A stretch of 52,993 bases of DNA. It comes from Acidobacteriaceae bacterium. Lineage in GTDB: Bacteria > Acidobacteriota > Terriglobia > Terriglobales > Acidobacteriaceae. Within the stretch, counting starts at the first letter, position 1. The number at the start of each line of letters is the position of its first letter. Location of the stretch: contig DASTXK010000372.1 of assembly GCA_035765555.1 (NCBI GenBank), forward strand, positions 1 through 52,993, in the 5' to 3' direction. Position numbers and translations under genes: made by a program. The notes beneath the pieces are model-generated. The model saw nothing but the letters and a program-made list of their open reading frames with translations. It was not told the origin of the DNA and made no database searches. This document shows positions 28,598 through 38,731 of this stretch, piece after piece.

Positions 28598-31291
28598 TCA
28601 GCGGATGATACTGACGGCCGCCGCGCCGAGAGCCAGTTGCGAGAACAACTGCGACCACTCGAGGAAGCCGCGCATGAAGGAGGGGCCGTAGGTCTTTTCC
28701 GGCACCACGATGGTGTCGCCCGGATTCATGGTAAGAGAATTGAATCCGTTGCCCCAGATTCCATTGGCGGCGGCGCGGCTGATGACCGAGCCGTCGGCGC
28801 GGATGATGAAAGCGTGCTTCTTGTCGGCATCGCGATTGGGGCCGCCGGCCAGATGGAGGTAATCTCCAACACGGCGGCCGGGAACAAAGAGGAACGAGCT
28901 CTGGTCATAAACGGCGCCGACCACGTTCACGCTCGCGGGTCTGGGAGGCACAACGAATGTGTCTCCGTCTTCAAGCTGGATCGGAGGCAGGGCCGCGATT
29001 CCACTGCTTTTTGGCTTTACTTCCAGAACGATGCGTCCGGTGGCACGAAGCTGCTGCAATTGCGCGATCAACTCGCGCTCGCTGGTTGAGGCCGCGTTCG
29101 CGCTGGCCAGGTCCTGCGCGGAGGTGACGGCGGAAGACGACTGCGCGATGGCCCCGCGCGAAATCTCCATCTGGAGGTTGCGCACATAATCGTTGATGCG
29201 CTGCTGCTGAATCGCGCGGGTGGATTGACGGGTGAACTCGGAGCCATAGAGGTAGGCGTCCGCTGAGAAGCCTCCGGCGCGGGCGACCAGCTCGGGCAGA
29301 GTCTCGCCGGGTTTAACGCTGTAGGTGCCGGCGTGGACAAATTCTCCTTCAAGACGAACGAACTTGGTTTGCTGCGCGAGCGGAACGTGAATGTCCGCCT
29401 GCGAAAAGATGGTCACGATGTCGCCGGGCTGGAGTTCCAGGTTCTGGCTTGGATCATGGTCCAGCACCAGCTTGCCCAGGTCGAAGGGAATCAGCGAGGT
29501 CTTGAGCGTGTCCTTGTCGAGGCGCTCAATGACGGCATAGTGCCAATCAATTTCCGGAGCGGGCAGGGTCACGCGAAGATGGTGCATCGCCCCGGCGGTG
29601 TTTTCGGTCACGACTCCGTTTTCGCGCTCGGCGATGGTTCCCGCCCCGACCAGGTCCCGGTTAGCCGTCCCCTGACTGATGCTGCCGTTGGGACCGGCAT
29701 TCCCGGCGCCGGATGGAGCGTTTGGATTGTTGGCTCCATAGGTCGATCCGTAAGCGCCCGCCCCCATTCCGTACCCGTTCGCCTCCTGCGTGTTCTCAGC
29801 ATTGCAGCGTTGCTGCTGCAAGGCGGAGGAAGCAGAGTTGGTCTGGTCGAGTGTCTGGCATTCGGCGGAGAGCGATGTGTTCCTGCGCGGAAGCTCGAAG
29901 GGATGGACGGGCTGGGTGCGCGCGGCGAGCGCGGGCACCGGCTCGAACGTGGGAGAAGGCAGACCGGCGCGGGCGCGCTTCCACCAGTAATCGCGCGTGA
30001 GCAGCGAGTCGCGGTCGGGAATAAGGTCGGAGAGCCGCATCCCCTCGTGCCAGGCGAAGCGGCCGGGGTTCGCCGTGTTGCCGCGAAGCGTCACGGTCTT
30101 CTGGTACATGGGCAGAATGGAAAACACCCGAAGCACGTCGCCCTGCTGAAGAGTAGTGTCCAATCCCTTCTGGTCGAATGCGACTTCCATGGCGGTGCGG
30201 TCGCGGTGGTCCGTAATGCGCTCGATGGAAATCCGCGCTTCGGACGCAATGGCGGATGCTCCACCCGCGTATTGAAGAAGCTGGGCAACGCTGGTGTCGT
30301 GGTCGCGCAGTTCATAGATCGCGGGCTGGCGCACGCTGCCGGTGAGCGCCACCTGCGGGCCCACGGGCGGGATAAAAATAACATCGCCTGATTGCAGCGT
30401 GGTGTCGTGCGATTTATCGCCGTTGACCAGAAGGTCGTACAGGTCGAAGTCGGCAACGGTTTTGCCGCCCCGCTTGAGATAAATGTGGCGCATGGAGCCG
30501 TCCACAGAGGGGCCGCCGCTGGCGAAAAGCGCGTCCACCAGAGTGCTGAGCGAACTTATGGTGTAGGTGCCGGGGCGCTGCGCCTGTCCCACAACGTACA
30601 CCTGCACGGCACGAATCTGGCCAATGTCCGCGGTCAGGTCAAAGTTGCGAAAGACGCGGCCAACCGCCGCGTGAAGATGCTCGCTCAGCGCCTGATACGG
30701 CAGCCCGGCGACGTGGACCTGCCCCACCTGCGGGAGATAAATATTTCCCGTGCGATCAACGCGCACATTGGCGTTGAAGTTCACCTGCCCCCAGATGCGG
30801 ATGCGCAGTTCATCCCCCGGGCCAATCACGTAATCCGGCGGGACGGGGGCCTCATCGACCGGCGCGAACGTGGAAGGCGCGTCCTGAAAAAGATTCGCGC
30901 CGAAAATGGGAAGGACCTGTCCCGTGGTCCCGGCGACAAATTTCTGAAACTCTGTCAGGGGCTGAGGCGGCAGTCGCACGAGGTTCGGGGTGTTGGCGTA
31001 GCGGCTCTGAAGCGCGCTCTGGTTGGCGCCCGTGTCAACGTATGTGGGTGGCTGGACCATGCCCGGCTGCGGAAGAGGCGCGGAACTGCGCGGAACGTTG
31101 ACCTGCGGCATATATCCACCCTGCTGCTGGGTGGGCTGGCACTCCGCAGAGTTGGCGAGCAGCGGATCGGAGCAGTCCACGGACTGGTTCGAATAGCCGC
31201 TGCCCTGCAGACCGGTTGAGGACTGCGCTATCGCATGGGGTGAAAGCACCGCGAACACAATACCGAGACCAAAAACCAGTTGCTTACGCAT
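28598..31291 (-). CDS. Polysaccharide export protein with multiple SLBB domains (Wza/KpsD-like)
   Basis: [10 protein letters not shown] Poly_export motif; repeated SLBB units; C-terminal amphipathic helix. Confidence 0.92.
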   Translation of the reverse strand: MRKQLVFGLGIVFAVLSPHAIAQSSTGLQGSGYSNQSVDCSDPLLANSAECQPTQQQGGYMPQVNVPRSSAPLPQPGMVQPPTYVDTGANQSALQSRYANTPNLVRLPPQPLTEFQKFVAGTTGQVLPIFGANLFQDAPSTFAPVDEAPVPPDYVIGPGDELRIRIWGQVNFNANVRVDRTGNIYLPQVGQVHVAGLPYQALSEHLHAAVGRVFRNFDLTADIGQIRAVQVYVVGQAQRPGTYTISSLSTLVDALFASGGPSVDGSMRHIYLKRGGKTVADFDLYDLLVNGDKSHDTTLQSGDVIFIPPVGPQVALTGSVRQPAIYELRDHDTSVAQLLQYAGGASAIASEARISIERITDHRDRTAMEVAFDQKGLDTTLQQGDVLRVFSILPMYQKTVTLRGNTANPGRFAWHEGMRLSDLIPDRDSLLTRDYWWKRARAGLPSPTFEPVPALAARTQPVHPFELPRRNTSLSAECQTLDQTNSASSALQQQRCNAENTQEANGYGMGAGAYGSTYGANNPNAPSGAGNAGPNGSISQGTANRDLVGAGTIAERENGVVTENTAGAMHHLRVTLPAPEIDWHYAVIERLDKDTLKTSLIPFDLGKLVLDHDPSQNLELQPGDIVTIFSQADIHVPLAQQTKFVRLEGEFVHAGTYSVKPGETLPELVARAGGFSADAYLYGSEFTRQSTRAIQQQRINDYVRNLQMEISRGAIAQSSSAVTSAQDLASANAASTSERELIAQLQQLRATGRIVLEVKPKSSGIAALPPIQLEDGDTFVVPPRPASVNVVGAVYDQSSFLFVPGRRVGDYLHLAGGPNRDADKKHAFIIRADGSVISRAAANGIWGNGFNSLTMNPGDTIVVPEKTYGPSFMRGFLEWSQLFSQLALGAAAVSIIR

Positions 31292-31437
31292 AGTATCCAG
31301 ACGCCGCTCCGTGCCGATTCATCGTGCCGCACGGGCCAACATATATTTCGCTCCTTCGCAGGTTTTCAGGTCCTCATAGAGTTTAAAGCAGTCGCGGCGA
31401 AAACCAAGAATCGGAGTTATCGCCGCAGGTTCGGCCC

Positions 31438-34400
31438 CTAGTCCACCGTAACCTGGGTCGCCACTTTCTTCGTGAGTCCTGGCACGCTGCCCGTCACCGT
31501 CACAGTGTAAGTGCTGGACGAGCCGGAACCGCCTCCAGAGCCGCCTCCGGAGTCGCTGCCGGCGCTGGAAGCAACACCGCAGCCGATGGGGAGCAGCAGC
31601 GCGAGACAAAGCAGGGCCGCCAGCGCGCCCCATCCGCGGCGGCGTTTGCCAAGGAACCCCAGCGGGAACAGCAACGCGAGCGCGAGACCGACCCTGCTCC
31701 ATTCGCTTCCGGATGCGCGCGCCTGCTGGCTGACCGTGAAGGTCACGGTTGCGGGTTGTGGATTGCCGTCACCGATGAGCGTGACAGTGGAGGGGCTTAC
31801 GGAACAAGTTGCTGTGGAAGGTTGAACGCTGCAAGCCAGCGAAACAGGCCCCTTGGAACCATTCACGGAGTTGATGTTGACTGTATATGACGTGCTGGAT
31901 TTTCCGCCGGCAACCAGCGCCGACGAGGGCCCGTCTATCGTGAACGCCGCTCCGCTGCCGGAGAGCGCGACGATAAATGGAGTGGAAAGATTGTCTGCCG
32001 TGATCGTAAGACTGCCGCTGCGGGCGTTGACCTGGATGGGAGAAAAAACTACGGCGAGGTTGCAGCTTGCTCCCGTGGCGAGCGTCGCGCCGCAAGGATT
32101 GCTCGCAGCGGGCTGAAGACTGAAGTCGCCGGTAATCGCGCTCGTGAGTCCCGTGATTGCCGCGCTTCCATTGTTCGTGATGGTCACGAGCCGCGCGGGA
32201 CTGCTTCCGCCCACCGCGTAGTAGCCAAAGTCCACCGAGCCGGGCGAAACCGAGACCTTGCCCGCCGGAGCAACGCCGGTCCCGGCAAGCGATACCTGCT
32301 GGACATGCGTGGTGACAGAGCCACCCTCATCGATGGCATCGCTCACCGTGAGGGTCCCAGTGACGGAGCCAACCGTGGATGGCAGAAAGCTGACCAGAAG
32401 AGCGCAGCTTGAGTGGCCCGCCAGCGACCCTCCGCAGTTGTTGGCCACGCTGAAGTCGGACGAGGAAGTTTGCGCCACGATCGACTTGAGCGCCGCATCG
32501 CCGTTGTTCGTGAGCGTCACCTGCTGGGCCGCGCTTGTGGTGCCCACCGTCTGTGCGGAAAAAGTGAGGCTCGACGGCGACAGCACATCCGTCGCCGGTG
32601 TTTGGCCTGTACCTGAGAGCTGCGCCGTCTGTTTGCCCGCGCTGTCCAGTACGGTAAGGACTCCCGTGCGGCTGCCGGAAACTGTAGGCGTAAACGTGAT
32701 GCTGACGGTGCATGAATCGCCCGCCGTGTTGGCCGCCGCCAGCGAGCTTCCGCAGGTGTTCGCGACGATGGCGAAGTCTCCGCTGATGCTTATCGAGGTG
32801 AGCGTCGCCGCGCTTCCGCCTGTGTTCGCAATAAGAATCGACTGCCCAGTTCCCGACGGCGTGCTTGAGTCGCAGGCTGTCGATGTAGTTTGCCCAACCA
32901 GCGTGGGCTGGAAGCAGAGCGAGGATGGAGTCAGCGTAATGGCCGCGCCCGCTGTCCCGTTGCCGCTCAACGGAACAGTGATCTGGCCTCCGCCGGAAAG
33001 GTTTCCGAAAATCGTGAGGACGCCGCTGGCCGCGCCCACCTGGGTTGGCGCGAAGCTGACCTCGATGATGCAGGCATTGCCAGGCGCAATGGATTCTCCA
33101 TTGCAGGTGCCGTCATCAGTAAAGTCGCCTGTGATCGTGACGTTGCTGATGGTTAGCGGCACGCTGCCCGTGTTGGTGACGAGCAATTGCTGCGGTGCGC
33201 TGGTTGTCTGCACCGCCTGGTCTCCAAAGGCGAGGGAGGTGGGCGCGACCGTTGCAGTAGTGACTGCCTGGTTGGGGAGGCCGATCTGCCACACGCCTCG
33301 CCCATAAGTCGCGGCGAGCAGCACTGGACCGCTCGCGTTGCTGGCCAGGGACAATTCGGTGACCGGCACATTCGGCAGCGATGTGCCGAACGGACTCCAG
33401 CAGGGTTGGGTGGGTTGCAAACAGCCGGTCACGTTCTGCGTGTAGTAAACCCCTGCGTCCGTCGCAACGTAGACGGTGTTGGCGTCGTTGGGATCAACGA
33501 CGATGCTGTTGGTCGGGCTCTGCGGCAGCCCGCGCGATATGTCCTGCCAGATCGAGCCTCCATCGATGGAACGGTAGACGTGAAGGCCTCCAACCCCCTG
33601 CACCGTGACATACACGGTTTGCCCGCCCGCGGAATGCGGATCGGCATAGACGCTGGAAATATCAAATCCGTTCGGATTGAACTGATAAAGATTGTTGGAC
33701 AGGTCAACCCACGACGACGCCGACCCACCGGGCGCGATGGTCTGAGCAAAAACGTGGCCCGCGACAGTCGCGCCTCCATCGTAGAGGCCGGCCATGCCGG
33801 CATAAATCCTCTCCGGGGTCCCCGACGAGTCTGACGCGCTGCCCGATGCGGCGAGCGAGCGAATCTCCGCGTTCCCATCGCAATAAGGACCGTTGTTGCC
33901 GTCGAGCATGGTGCTGATCGGGGACTGAACCCCGCCCGACGCCGGCCCCCGCCACACGCGGCAGGTGCCAAGAATAATGTTCGATGTGTTCTGCGGGTCG
34001 AGGATCCACGGCGCGGGAATAATCTGGCCGTAGCCGTCGTTGCTTACGTCCGCGCTGGCGATCACGGGCTGCCCAAAAGCGGTGATGCCGCAGCTTGAGC
34101 CGCTCGTGCAGAGATTAATGCCGATTCCGAACTCTGAAGTCGCATACCAGTTTTGCGGAGCGGCGGGATCGATGGCCGCGAAATCGCCTTCTCCGTTCAG
34201 CACCTGGTGCCACGCGCCGCCGTCGCTCAGCGGAGCGGCGGTCCCCAGCGGCCCCAGCGACACCATCATGATCTGGGGATCAGTAGGATCAGGAGCGATA
34301 TCGGCCACATCGGAAATCGATCCGGTGAATCCTGAATTGAGGTTCTGGAAGTGAGTAGCATCGTCTGCCGAGCACTGGTTCCCCTGCTCGTCCACAGCAT

Positions 34401-36024
34401 CGGTGGTGCGCCAAAGCCCGCCGTCATTTCCAAAATAAAGCAGGCCATTCGCGCCGAAGGTCGCGTCCACAGCGTATTGCGCGGGGGCCACGTGCGCCGA
34501 GTTGCAGTCCGAGGATTGCGCGTGCGTCGTATTGCGCCAGGCGCAGCCCGTTCCAAGATCGCACCGATAGATATCGGCGGTGCCGGCAAACAGAAGCGTG
34601 TCCGGCTGCCCGCTTTGCTGCGAAGGAACGGCGGCGAGGTAAAGGTCGTAATCCGCCTGCGGAATCAGTGTGGGCTGCGCCGGGTTCAGCGTTCCGGCCT
34701 CAAGCGCCGTGTCGTCAATTTGGGTAAAAGCCAGCGTGGATGAGGCGCACGCGCCGGAACCGGCATTGCAGGCATCCTGCCAGAGACCCTGGTCGAGGTT
34801 GTTGATGTCCGTGGTCAGCGCGAAGGTGTCGCCTGAGACCGGCTGCACGGCGAGCGCTCCATTGTAAATGGGGCAGGCTTGCGAGCCGGAGTATCCCGGC
34901 TGGCTGGGGCACATCGCGGGGGTAAGGTTCGCGCCCGGCTGGTTGGTGAGCCGCGTCCAGTTCTGCCCGTCCGTCGACTGATAGTAGCCATGAAAACGAA
35001 CAGCGGCGAGAAAGACCTTCCGCACCGGGTTCCATACGATGGAGGTAACGGCATTGCCGCACGGCTGGCGCGAGTCGCCGCCCTGGCATGGGATGAACGC
35101 GGTCGTCGGCGACTGCACGACCGCCCCTCCGGCATCCGTGATGGTCGCCATGAACCACGTTTTGCCAAGGTCTTTCGAGTAATAGATTCCCAGAATGTCA
35201 TCCAGACTGCCCGGCAAAGTGACCTCAATACCCTGCTCGGCGCGCGAGACCGCCGCAACCACAACCGGGTTGCCGCCAACCGTGCCCCATGCGAAACCGG
35301 CGAAACCATTTCCTGAAAAATCGAAATTCACATCCGCATCCACGCCCATGTCGCTCGAATTGGTGATGAGCGTCCACTGGCTGCCGCCGTCCGTCGAGCG
35401 CAGGATTCCGCTGCCCAGGTAGGAGGCCGTGGTGTCATTGGGTTCTCCGGTCCCGGCAAGCAGGACGGGCGTGGCTCCCGGCGCAACCGGCTGCACGCTG
35501 ACCGCGCCAATGCTGAGCGAGGGGACCTGTACCTTCTGCGAGAGCGACGAATAAACGTAGTCCGTCAGAGGGACCAGCGACACCGAAGCGGGATCGCCCG
35601 CGGCACTGGTCGATTTCCACACGCCTCCCGACGCGGTGCCCACATAAATGGTGTTGCCGGTTGGGTCGGACGAATCGGCGGCGATGCTGGTGACGCGGCC
35701 CGTGACGGCCCCATAAGCAGGAGTGCTGACCTGCGCCGGGCCGAGCGGCTGCCAGGCCGGAACACTGACGCCCGAGGCCACCAGTTGCTGGACCTGCTGC
35801 CGATAGCGCGCGCGGGATTGGGCGAGGACCTCTGCCGGGCTGCTGCCCCCGGGCAGCCTGGCGAAAATTCCGCGTTCGGCGAGAAACTTCGCGCTGTGTT
35901 GTTTCGCCAGGATTTCATTGCCCAGCGCCGGCCTGTGGATTCGCTGGATTCTTTGCGCTCCGGCCGTCAATAACGGAATGGCCAGAAGCGCGCAAAGCAG
36001 AAGCTTGGTTCGATAGGCATTCAC
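31438..36024 (-). CDS. 1528-aa surface protein: BNR/Asp-box beta-propellers plus about four ASH (choice-of-anchor D) Ig-like domains and C-terminal membrane motif
   Basis: RSTDGG, SKDLG, RSIDGG Asp-boxes; repeats PxSLxF...TNxG...C...C...F.P...G.L; signal peptide. Confidence 0.88.
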   Translation of the reverse strand: MNAYRTKLLLCALLAIPLLTAGAQRIQRIHRPALGNEILAKQHSAKFLAERGIFARLPGGSSPAEVLAQSRARYRQQVQQLVASGVSVPAWQPLGPAQVSTPAYGAVTGRVTSIAADSSDPTGNTIYVGTASGGVWKSTSAAGDPASVSLVPLTDYVYSSLSQKVQVPSLSIGAVSVQPVAPGATPVLLAGTGEPNDTTASYLGSGILRSTDGGSQWTLITNSSDMGVDADVNFDFSGNGFAGFAWGTVGGNPVVVAAVSRAEQGIEVTLPGSLDDILGIYYSKDLGKTWFMATITDAGGAVVQSPTTAFIPCQGGDSRQPCGNAVTSIVWNPVRKVFLAAVRFHGYYQSTDGQNWTRLTNQPGANLTPAMCPSQPGYSGSQACPIYNGALAVQPVSGDTFALTTDINNLDQGLWQDACNAGSGACASSTLAFTQIDDTALEAGTLNPAQPTLIPQADYDLYLAAVPSQQSGQPDTLLFAGTADIYRCDLGTGCAWRNTTHAQSSDCNSAHVAPAQYAVDATFGANGLLYFGNDGGLWRTTDAVDEQGNQCSADDATHFQNLNSGFTGSISDVADIAPDPTDPQIMMVSLGPLGTAAPLSDGGAWHQVLNGEGDFAAIDPAAPQNWYATSEFGIGINLCTSGSSCGITAFGQPVIASADVSNDGYGQIIPAPWILDPQNTSNIILGTCRVWRGPASGGVQSPISTMLDGNNGPYCDGNAEIRSLAASGSASDSSGTPERIYAGMAGLYDGGATVAGHVFAQTIAPGGSASSWVDLSNNLYQFNPNGFDISSVYADPHSAGGQTVYVTVQGVGGLHVYRSIDGGSIWQDISRGLPQSPTNSIVVDPNDANTVYVATDAGVYYTQNVTGCLQPTQPCWSPFGTSLPNVPVTELSLASNASGPVLLAATYGRGVWQIGLPNQAVTTATVAPTSLAFGDQAVQTTSAPQQLLVTNTGSVPLTISNVTITGDFTDDGTCNGESIAPGNACIIEVSFAPTQVGAASGVLTIFGNLSGGGQITVPLSGNGTAGAAITLTPSSLCFQPTLVGQTTSTACDSSTPSGTGQSILIANTGGSAATLTSISISGDFAIVANTCGSSLAAANTAGDSCTVSITFTPTVSGSRTGVLTVLDSAGKQTAQLSGTGQTPATDVLSPSSLTFSAQTVGTTSAAQQVTLTNNGDAALKSIVAQTSSSDFSVANNCGGSLAGHSSCALLVSFLPSTVGSVTGTLTVSDAIDEGGSVTTHVQQVSLAGTGVAPAGKVSVSPGSVDFGYYAVGGSSPARLVTITNNGSAAITGLTSAITGDFSLQPAASNPCGATLATGASCNLAVVFSPIQVNARSGSLTITADNLSTPFIVALSGSGAAFTIDGPSSALVAGGKSSTSYTVNINSVNGSKGPVSLACSVQPSTATCSVSPSTVTLIGDGNPQPATVTFTVSQQARASGSEWSRVGLALALLFPLGFLGKRRRGWGALAALLCLALLLPIGCGVASSAGSDSGGGSGGGSGSSSTYTVTVTGSVPGLTKKVATQVTVD

Positions 36025-36318
36025 GATGCGCCAACCTCATCCGCCCGACTGCGGCGGCTCTCGTCCTCATTGCACACGCGCAGGCCGGAGCACATGAGAG
36101 GAAAGGCGAGAGAAAATCCACGCCAATTTCAGAATGGAAGCGTTGGCCCATTATGGGACAGCAAAAGACTCGGCCATAGATTACTTTGGTGCTGCGATCT
36201 TTGGGGTGGATTCGCCGACTCACCGGGATGACGCTGGTTCACAGCGCTTTTGTCGCGGAGCGGGCGCGCGCGGATATTGGCCCGAATCAGAACAGCGATG
36301 GGGAACGGAGGTAACGGC

Positions 36319-36346
36319 AAAAAGTCCCTCCCGTAAGGAGGGACTT
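36319..36346 (-). terminator. Rho-independent terminator of the act/cox operon
   Basis: AAGTCCCTCC-N5-GGAGGGACTT with T-run on the minus strand, shortly after subunit IV. Confidence 0.8.
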
Positions 36347-36383
36347 CTTGCGTGGGTTGAATTGGGGAACGGGGGGAAGCTTT

Positions 36384-36692
36384 TTACCACATGCCCCAGG
36401 CGCGGCTGATGTAGTCCGTCATCGTCATGAGGAGCAACACAATGAGCGTGAAGAACCCGGCGGATATGGTCAGCTTGGTGAGCTTGGAACTGTAGCGGAT
36501 GTGCATGAAGAACAGGATGACGAGCACCGCCTTGATGACGGCGATGGCCAGAGCGACCACTGCGTTGAAGGCATAGAGCTCGAGAAAAGACGCGAATACC
36601 GTAAGTGCGGTGAAGCAGAGGAGCGTGACGAAGACCACCGCGTAAACTTTCGGCGGAACGACGGTATGCGTGTGATGGGTCGGTTCAGACAT
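36384..36692 (-). CDS. ctaF: Cytochrome c oxidase subunit IV (caa3-type)
   Basis: Three TM segments, AVIKAVLVILFFMH motif. Confidence 0.85.
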   Translation of the reverse strand: MSEPTHHTHTVVPPKVYAVVFVTLLCFTALTVFASFLELYAFNAVVALAIAVIKAVLVILFFMHIRYSSKLTKLTISAGFFTLIVLLLMTMTDYISRAWGMW

Positions 36693-36719
36693 GGATTCGC
36701 CTCAATAAAGTTTGCGCCG

Positions 36720-37460
36720 TCATTGGTGTCGACTGATGAGATACAGCAAGGGAAACAGGAATATCCAGACAATATCGACAAAGTGCCAGTACAGCCCGAA
36801 ATTCTCCACCGTATTCATGTGCCCGTTGGTGTAGGCCCCGCCCCACGCTTTGTACATCAGGAACAGCAGGATGCAGATGCCGACAATCATGTGGAAAGCG
36901 TGCAGGCCCGTCATGGTGAAGTACAGCGAAAAATAGGTCTGCGTTCTTTCGGCCATGTCCGGCGCGAGCGGATGTTCCATGGGGTACCGCGGATCGACGT
37001 GGGTGAAAGTCGAGGTGCTGAAGTTGAGCCCCGGGACATGATGGTGCTCCCATTCGTCATGCCACTCGTAGGCCTTGATGCAAAGGAAGCCCAAGCCCAG
37101 GATCAGGGTCAGCGCCATCCAGCGAAGCAAAGCCTTGCGCTTGCGCATTTCCGCCGAGTAGACGCCCATGGCCATGGTAAAGCTGGAGCAGATAAGGACG
37201 ACGGTGTTGAGCGTGCCCGCCCAGATCTTTAACTGGTGGCTGCCGGCCACAAACGCCGGGTAGTACCAGTTGCGGTAGATGAGGTAAGCGGCGAACAGGC
37301 CGCTGAAGAACATGATTTCCGTGAGCAGGAAGAGCCACATGCCGAAGTTGGCGGTCTCCCGCTGCTGCGCCGCATTGGCAAAGTGGTGGCGCACGAATTC
37401 GGGATGCTCGTGCCCGGCATGCTCTTGCTCGGGAATGGTCGCAATCGCCTGGCTATCCAA
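36720..37460 (-). CDS. ctaE: Cytochrome c oxidase subunit III
   Basis: GMWLFLLTEIMFF, TGLHAFH, GLYWHFVDIVW. Confidence 0.93.
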   Translation of the reverse strand: MDSQAIATIPEQEHAGHEHPEFVRHHFANAAQQRETANFGMWLFLLTEIMFFSGLFAAYLIYRNWYYPAFVAGSHQLKIWAGTLNTVVLICSSFTMAMGVYSAEMRKRKALLRWMALTLILGLGFLCIKAYEWHDEWEHHHVPGLNFSTSTFTHVDPRYPMEHPLAPDMAERTQTYFSLYFTMTGLHAFHMIVGICILLFLMYKAWGGAYTNGHMNTVENFGLYWHFVDIVWIFLFPLLYLISRHQ

Positions 37461-37599
37461 GGGTCCGCACCTCGTATTTCATCTTGATTGCCAGCCAGGA
37501 TAAATGGTACGCCTGAGGCTCGATGGCTGGCATTTGCATCAATGGTTCGCTCAACGGCGGCCCCGGCCGCCGTGAATGGGAATGAATCCGGCCGCTCAC
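37453..37599 (-). pseudogene. ctaD: 48-codon in-frame remnant at the position of cytochrome c oxidase subunit I
   Basis: GTG overlaps the coxB stop (GTGA); ORF ends ...WLAIKMKYEVRTLG* overlapping the coxC TTG start; none of the heme/Cu-binding core is present. Identity is inferred from position. Confidence 0.55.
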
Positions 37600-38723
37600 T
37601 GGTCCACCGTCCGATCTGAATGCTGGACCGCGGTGGAGTGCTGCGTAACGTAGTTATGCGGCACCGCGTTCTGAATCGCGTTGTCTCCCACGCCGGGCGC
37701 GGGCGAGGGATGCTCGCTCAGGCTGGTGTTCAGCGTCTGCTGGATCCGGTTGTTTGAATCGAGCGACTTGATGTACTCCACCAGCGCGATCAGGCCTTCT
37801 TCGCTGACCTGTCCCTGATAGGTCGGCATGATCGGCGCGTATCCCGCGCTCACGTGCATGGATGGGTTGAGGATCGAGTCGCGCAGGAAAGCGTCATCCA
37901 CCATGGTGTAGGAGCCGTTCACAAGCTGGATCTTCGAGCCGTAGACATTGGCCAGGTTCGGACCGCGCGCCGAGGAGTTGCCCGTGTGGCAGGAACTGCA
38001 TCCGAGGCTGGCGAAGAGCCGCTCGCCATTCTGCGCAAGCGACGCGCCGCTGGTGGAACCGGCCAGCCAGGCCTGGTAATCCGACGGCGTCAAAACCGTA
38101 ACGGTCCCGATCATCTGCGAGTGGAGCGTGCCGCAGTACTGCGTGCAGAACAGATGATAGGTGCCGGGCCGCGTGGCCGTGAACCAGACCGTGGTGTAGC
38201 GGCCCGGAATCACCTCGCGCTTGACCCGGAAAGCGGGAATCGAAAAGCTGTGAAACACGTCCTGCGAAATCATGGTGAGCTGCACCGGACGGCCCGTGGG
38301 AACATGCAGCGCGTTGATCTCGTGCTGCCCGCCCGGATGCTCGGCCTTCCACATCCACTGCTTGCCGACCACGTAAATGTTCATGGCGTTGGTGGGCGGG
38401 TCATAAATGCGGAAGTAGAGCAGCGCGCCCCATACAAAGCAGACCATGAATAGCGCGAGCGGAATGATCGTCCAGGTGGCCTCAAGCAGCGTCGAGCCTT
38501 CGATCTGCGTTGCCTGGGGGTTCCTCTCCTTGCGATACCTGAAGGAGAAGCCCACGATCAGCGTCGTGACAATGGCCACCCCGATCAGCGAGATGAAGAT
38601 CAGGAAGAAATACAAGGCATCCGCATAAGGCGCGATCGACGACGCTTCGGGCGGAAAGAGCGCGAAGTGCGTCATCCAATTAACGAGAAACTGCCAAAGT
38701 ACTGGACTGATGAAGTAATGCAT
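37596..38723 (-). CDS. coxB: Cytochrome c oxidase subunit II with fused cytochrome c (caa3-type)
   Basis: EATWTIIP, KQWMW, DVFHSF, CTQYCGTLHSQM CuA motif, CSSCH heme motif. Confidence 0.95.
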   Translation of the reverse strand: MHYFISPVLWQFLVNWMTHFALFPPEASSIAPYADALYFFLIFISLIGVAIVTTLIVGFSFRYRKERNPQATQIEGSTLLEATWTIIPLALFMVCFVWGALLYFRIYDPPTNAMNIYVVGKQWMWKAEHPGGQHEINALHVPTGRPVQLTMISQDVFHSFSIPAFRVKREVIPGRYTTVWFTATRPGTYHLFCTQYCGTLHSQMIGTVTVLTPSDYQAWLAGSTSGASLAQNGERLFASLGCSSCHTGNSSARGPNLANVYGSKIQLVNGSYTMVDDAFLRDSILNPSMHVSAGYAPIMPTYQGQVSEEGLIALVEYIKSLDSNNRIQQTLNTSLSEHPSPAPGVGDNAIQNAVPHNYVTQHSTAVQHSDRTVDQ

Positions 38724-38731
38724 CGTTCCCT

